A stretch of 64,000 nucleotides of DNA, taken from assembly GCA_964016885.1 (NCBI GenBank), contig OZ024742.1, positions 12,958,001-13,022,000 of the forward strand. The letters run 5' to 3'. This stretch comes from Eledone cirrhosa (taxonomy: Eukaryota). The notes beneath the pieces are model-generated. The model saw only the letters and a program-made list of their open reading frames with translations, was not told the DNA's origin and made no database searches. The translations under genes were made by a program, and so were the position numbers. Of this stretch, positions 58,881-64,000 are shown one piece after another. Position 1 is the stretch's first letter. Each line of letters begins with the position of its first letter.

Positions 58881-59720
58881 TGAAAGGATAACAAGGACGA
58901 TTGATTACTCCTTCATTGCATTTATTGATAGGTGACGCGCGTTTCGCCACTAATCAGCTCAAGGTTCGATCTGTATCGATCCTACCTGACTCAATAACTG
59001 GCGGCTCGACGGACCCTTTTAAAATGCTATAAGAAAATGAAATACTTGTGGTAAAGTCAGAGTTTCAAGAATTTGACAAAATGAGTTGTTTTGATTGGTG
59101 AGAAGGATCAAAGGGATGTACTGGCCTGTGGTGTATATGAGGGTGGGTGTGATGGTGAGATGTTGGTGACGGTCGGTGGATGAGATGGGCTGTGGTGTGG
59201 TGGTGGTGGGTTGGCCTTGGCCTGTAGAGTATATGGGGGTGGATGTGATGATAAGATGGTGGTTATGGTCGCTTACTGAGATGGGCTGTGGTATGAGGTT
59301 AGTGGGTTGTCGGTAGACGGATTGTCGAGTGTGCGGGTGTGGTTGTGGTGTTGTTGTTTATTGTAGTGGCGTTTGTGGTGGTGTGGTGGATGTGTTGGTG
59401 GTGTCGTGTCCTTACGGAGATACATAGCAAGACGCTCTTCGTCTGACAAATGCTTTGTATATATGTATACACACACACATATGTATATATGCGCATATAT
59501 ATTGATGTATAAACACACACAACACATACGCACACCCTCGCCCACACATATCCACACACACACATATACAGCCATATGTATATATACACACATGTATGTG
59601 CATGCGCGCATGCGGACACATATAGGGAAAGTGGGGAAGTATCGGTGGGGATGGCGAAGGACAAAGATGGAGGGAAGGTGAAAGGCAATGGAGAAGGTGT
59701 TATACATATATACATACACA

Positions 59721-60025
59721 TGGTGGTGGCTGCCAACTCGTTTTCGAGTACGGCCACTACTTTATATCCATGTAGAACTCCTACCGATGCGCTGGATGAG
59801 TGTGACTTTTTAGTCCAGCCAGTGACTTGAAAACTCTGGTACAAACACTACACCTGTGACAATTACTGACACATAGTGCTGGGCCCATGGTACCATGTGA
59901 CGACAAGGGCAGAGAGATCTCCAGATATAAAGCAATGCCTGTGCCGTGAAGCTTTTATAGTGAGCAAAGGCACTGCACAAAGCCAGTCCCACTCTCTTAA
60001 CCAAGATGATATTTACCAAAAAGAA
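59721..60025 (-). mobile_element. 3' half of the RTE-derived non-autonomous element
   Basis: Matches 54172-54478. Confidence 0.85.
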
Positions 60026-60238
60026 TACCTACACTCATACACACATACGGATATGCGCACATACACGCACACACGCGTATACATAAACATACACACACAC
60101 ACACACGTATACACACACATTTATATACACACATATATACACACACATACACATACATACACATATACGCACACATATACACATACACACAGATTCACCT
60201 ATATACATATATATAGATATATATATATATATATAATT

Positions 60239-60472
60239 ATTGGTAAAAGGAAAAGAAAATGCTGACTAAGTGTTCCCAGTGAACAATAGTTTAATTAGTA
60301 ATAAGTATTGGTTAGTATTCAGTTTTACGAAAACTGAATACTAACCAGTACTTATTACTAATTTTTACTTATTCCTAATTAAACTATTTTTCACTGGGAA
60401 CACTTAGTCAGCATTTTCTTTTCCTTTTACCAATATATCATAACTCGTGTGTTACACCTCTATTCTTTTAAA
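60239..60472. mobile_element. Short fold-back of the 60748 family
   Basis: Axis at gtttt-acg-aaaac (about 60328); tail of about 34 nt on the right. Confidence 0.85.
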
Positions 60473-60492
60473 TATATATATATATATATATA

Positions 60493-60709
60493 TTTTTATT
60501 TTATAGAAGGAGCTTCTACAGGACTAGTACTGTTTCATTCAGATGAAATCTTCAGAACTTAATATGACACCCAGCTTCCTGAAGATTTCATCTGAATGAA
60601 ACAGTACTAGTCCTGTAGAAGCTCCTTCTATAAAATAAAAAAATTTTACTCTGCCATGTATTGAGTACCTTACTTACTGTGGTTATCCCCGACTCAACCC
60701 GGGACCTAC

Positions 60710-60710
<1 letters not shown>
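60493..60710. mobile_element. Fold-back with canonical HHR (60573-60623, +)
   Basis: agcttc-CTGAAGA(60579)-tttc.atct.gaat-GAAA-cag..ctg-TA-gaagct. Confidence 0.88.
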
Positions 60711-60747
<37 letters not shown>

Positions 60748-60752
<5 letters not shown>

Positions 60753-61499
60753 AAAGAATAGAGGTGTAACACACAAGTTATATATTGGTAAACGGAATAG
60801 AAAATGCTGACAAATTGTTCACAGTGAAAAATAGTTTAATTACGAATAAATGAGAATTAGTAATTGTATTGGTTAGTATTCAGTTTTGGTTTTAAGTTTT
60901 ACCGGTTGCGCATTTCTAAATGCTTTTCAAAAATAATTTGGAGATAGAGCGTCCGTGATGTTTGCTCTGATCTGATTAGTTTTGGGAATTCTACCTGTTT
61001 TTATGTTAAAAAAGTGGCTCTAGCGCTATTAAAATTGGTCTTTGCGCCAATACGTGTTGCAAAAATTCTTGTGGTCAAAACAATTTTGATTGGTCGGTAG
61101 AGGTCATGTGAATGTAAAAAATTGATTTTGCGCCAAGACTGAGAAATGACTCTTTCACAACAAATATATGTGTGTGTGTGTGTGTGTGTGTAGTAGTAGT
61201 AGTAAAGTGTTCGTTGTTGTGATAATGGTTAGCAGGGATGTGTGTGCGAACCGCAGCCTGTTGACAGTTCAAATGCCTATTAAGACAAGTGTGTGTGTGT
61301 GTGTGTGCGTGTGTGTGTGTGTGTATAGCAGAGTAATTCGTGGTAGAAGGATGGTCAGTAGGAATGTGTCTGTAAGTGAGTGGGGGATATTTTAACATGT
61401 TAAAAGATATTTTTCAGCTCTTGTCTTTTTACGGAGAAGTGTGTGTGTGTGTGTATAAGTCTCTTTGTATGTTAATGTACGCGTGTGTAAGTGTGTGTG

Positions 61500-61539
<40 letters not shown>

Positions 61540-61726
61540 TGAGAATGTGTGTGTGTGTGTGGGTGGACCAGTATTTTTTTCCCTGGTAAAATGGTGTACA
61601 TTATACGATATTTTCAGGGAAAAAAATACTGGTCCACCCACACAGACACACACACACATTCTCACACTCACACACACATATATACACACACACATACACA
61701 CGCGTACATTAACATACAAAGAGACT

Positions 61727-61761
<35 letters not shown>

Positions 61762-61868
61762 CTCCGTATAAGACAAGAGCTGAAAAATATCTTTTAACAT
61801 GTTAAAATATCCCCCACTCACTTACAGACACATTGCTACTGACCATCCCTCTACCACGAATTACTCTG

Positions 61869-61934
<66 letters not shown>

Positions 61935-62042
61935 CTCCGTATAAGACAAGAGCTGAAAAATATCTGTTGACATGTTAAAATATCCCCCACTGACTTACAG
62001 ACACATTTCTACTAAAGATCCCTCTACCACGAATTACTCTGC

Positions 62043-62085
<43 letters not shown>

Positions 62086-62572
62086 AATAGGCATTTGAAC
62101 TGTCAACAGGCTGCGGTTCGCACACACATCCCTGCTAACCTTATCACAACAACTAACACTTTACTACTACTACACACACACACACACATATTTGTTGTGA
62201 AAGAGTCATTTCTCAGTCTTGGCGCAAAATCAATTTTTTACATTCACATGACCTCTACCGACCAATCAAAATTGTTTTGACCACAAGAATTTTTGCAACA
62301 CGTATTGGCGCAAAAACCAATTTTAATAGCGCTGGAGTCACTTTTTTAACATAAAAACAGGTAGAATTCCCAAAACTAATCAGATCAGAGCAAACATCAC
62401 GGACGCTCTATCTCAAAATTATTTTTGAAAAGCATTAGAAATGCGCAACCGGTAAAACTTAAAACCAAAACTGAATACTAACCAATACAATTACTAATTC
62501 TCATTTATTCCTAATTAAACTATTTTTCACTGTGAACAATTTGTCAGCATTTTCTATTCCGTTTACCAATAT
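60748..62572. mobile_element. Giant fold-back (arms of about 810 and 960 bp); variant HHR at about 60897-60934 (-) and 62422-62457 (+)
   Basis: 60782-61591 inverts 61609-62572, with an internal duplication in the right arm; 34-nt tail on the left. Confidence 0.9.
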
Positions 62573-63552
62573 ATATATATATATATATATACATATATAT
62601 ATGTGCACACATATATGTATGCGTACACGCACGCATATTTATACGCCCGTATATGTAAAAATACTTACACACAGACACACACACTTGCGTTGGTCCGGGA
62701 GGGGAGGTATGTGTTGGCGGTGTTGATGAAGTATGGAGTTGTGTTTTGTGGTGGTGGTGGTGGAGTTGTAAGCGACAAAAATATACAGGATGGAATAGTG
62801 CGATGGGTTACAGGTTAGAAGGTGACATAGGGAACGCGGGGAGAAGAGTTTATGGATGTATGGCGATGTGTGTTGTGGTCATGGTGGTGGTTTTGGTGCT
62901 GGGGTGATATGTTCGACAAAATGATTACATGACCAGAAGTTACGGTGTGTCACAAACGCCACTACCATAAACAACAACACCACAACCACACCCCACACAC
63001 GACAACCCGTCTACCGAAAACCCACTAACCTCATACCACAGCCCATCCCAGAAAGCGACCATAACCACCATCTTATCATCACATCCACCCCCACATACAC
63101 TACAGGCCAAGGCCAACACGCCACCACCACACCACAGGCCATCTCATCCACCGACCGTCACCAACATCTCACCATCACACCCACCCTCATATACACCACA
63201 GGCCAGTACATCCACTTGATCCTTCCCACCAATCAAAACAACCCATTTTGTCAAACTCTTGAAACTCTGACTTTACCACAAGTATTTCATTTTCTTATAG
63301 CATTTTAAAAGGGTCCGTCGAGCCGCCGATTATTGAGTCGGGTAGGATCGATACAGATCGAACCTTGAGCTGATTAGTGGCGAAACGCGCGTCACCTATC
63401 AATAAATGCAATGAAGGAGTAATCAATCGTCCTTGTTATCCTTTCAATATATTACACTCTGTATAGCTCTACACCTCATCACAGAAGTGAACCTAAACAT
63501 CGAGTGCTCTCCCGGGTGAACCTGCAGTAACTCCAAGTTACACCTCCCTCCT

Positions 63553-63634
<82 letters not shown>

Positions 63635-63782
63635 ATACTTTGGGAGGGTCATGTTGCCAATAAGAAACACACGCACCAGTTGCTTTCACTTCAATTTATT
63701 ATAAATTAAATTTATAAATTAAGGAATTTATAAATTTCCGGTTGGTTGGTTGGTTCCACAACCAGACGATTGTTCATATATT

Positions 63783-63824
63783 GTCAAATTCTTTCGTCAC
63801 ACATTCTCTGACCTCTTCAGTGAC
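63783..63824 (-). ncRNA. Minimal type-I hammerhead ribozyme in a pLTR-like segment (63628-63985)
   Basis: Reverse complement: gtca-CTGAAGA-ggtca..tgac-GAAA-gaa-TT-tgac. Confidence 0.65.
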
Positions 63825-64000
63825 TGGGGATTCTTTTCTTTATTTTTGTGCCTCTCCTTTGTTCTGTCCTACGCCATCTTGTTTTTGTGTGTTGTGTGCT
63901 TAGTTTGCAACTCCAACAAAAATTAAATAGAAAACATGAATGGAACAGCAACATCACAACTTACAATTAAGGACAAAATGAAAACACACACACACATAGA

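Larger units (their letters stand above)
58878..63555. mobile_element. Large inverted pLTR pair (about 500-bp arms) enclosing younger insertions; variant HHR at 63311-63397 (+) and its mirror at about 58930-59016
   Basis: 58878-59377 inverts 62951-63450; about 105-nt tail on the right. gggt-CCGTCGA-gccgc..gtggc-GAAA-cgcgcg-TC-acct. Confidence 0.85.

Noticed and set aside
60748-62572. Fold-backs as sequencing or assembly chimeras
   Set aside because: Arms differ by substitutions and indels, and their ends are family-specific. Raw-read confirmation is still needed.

Overview
AT-rich, microsatellite-saturated animal DNA with no recognisable host gene; the SINE and microsatellite make-up suggests an octopus/cephalopod (inference). 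Most ORFs in the track are translated microsatellites. The real coding remnants are retroelements: several Penelope-like elements (PLE; RT plus GIY-YIG), R4/Dong-like RLE LINEs and an RTE LINE. There are also tRNA-derived SINEs, two Helitrons and mariner/hAT MITEs. The dominant signal is non-coding. Most unique-looking islands between (TA)n tracts are hammerhead-ribozyme (HHR) elements. I hand-folded more than 30 type-I HHR motifs from roughly 20 families. They occur as PLE pseudo-LTRs, as solo fold-back palindromes with family-fixed arm ends plus a one-sided tail, or as protein-free tandem/circularly permuted retrozyme-like monomers of about 310-627 nt. Several carry non-canonical catalytic cores. 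All folds and coordinates were read by eye and may be off by a few bases.
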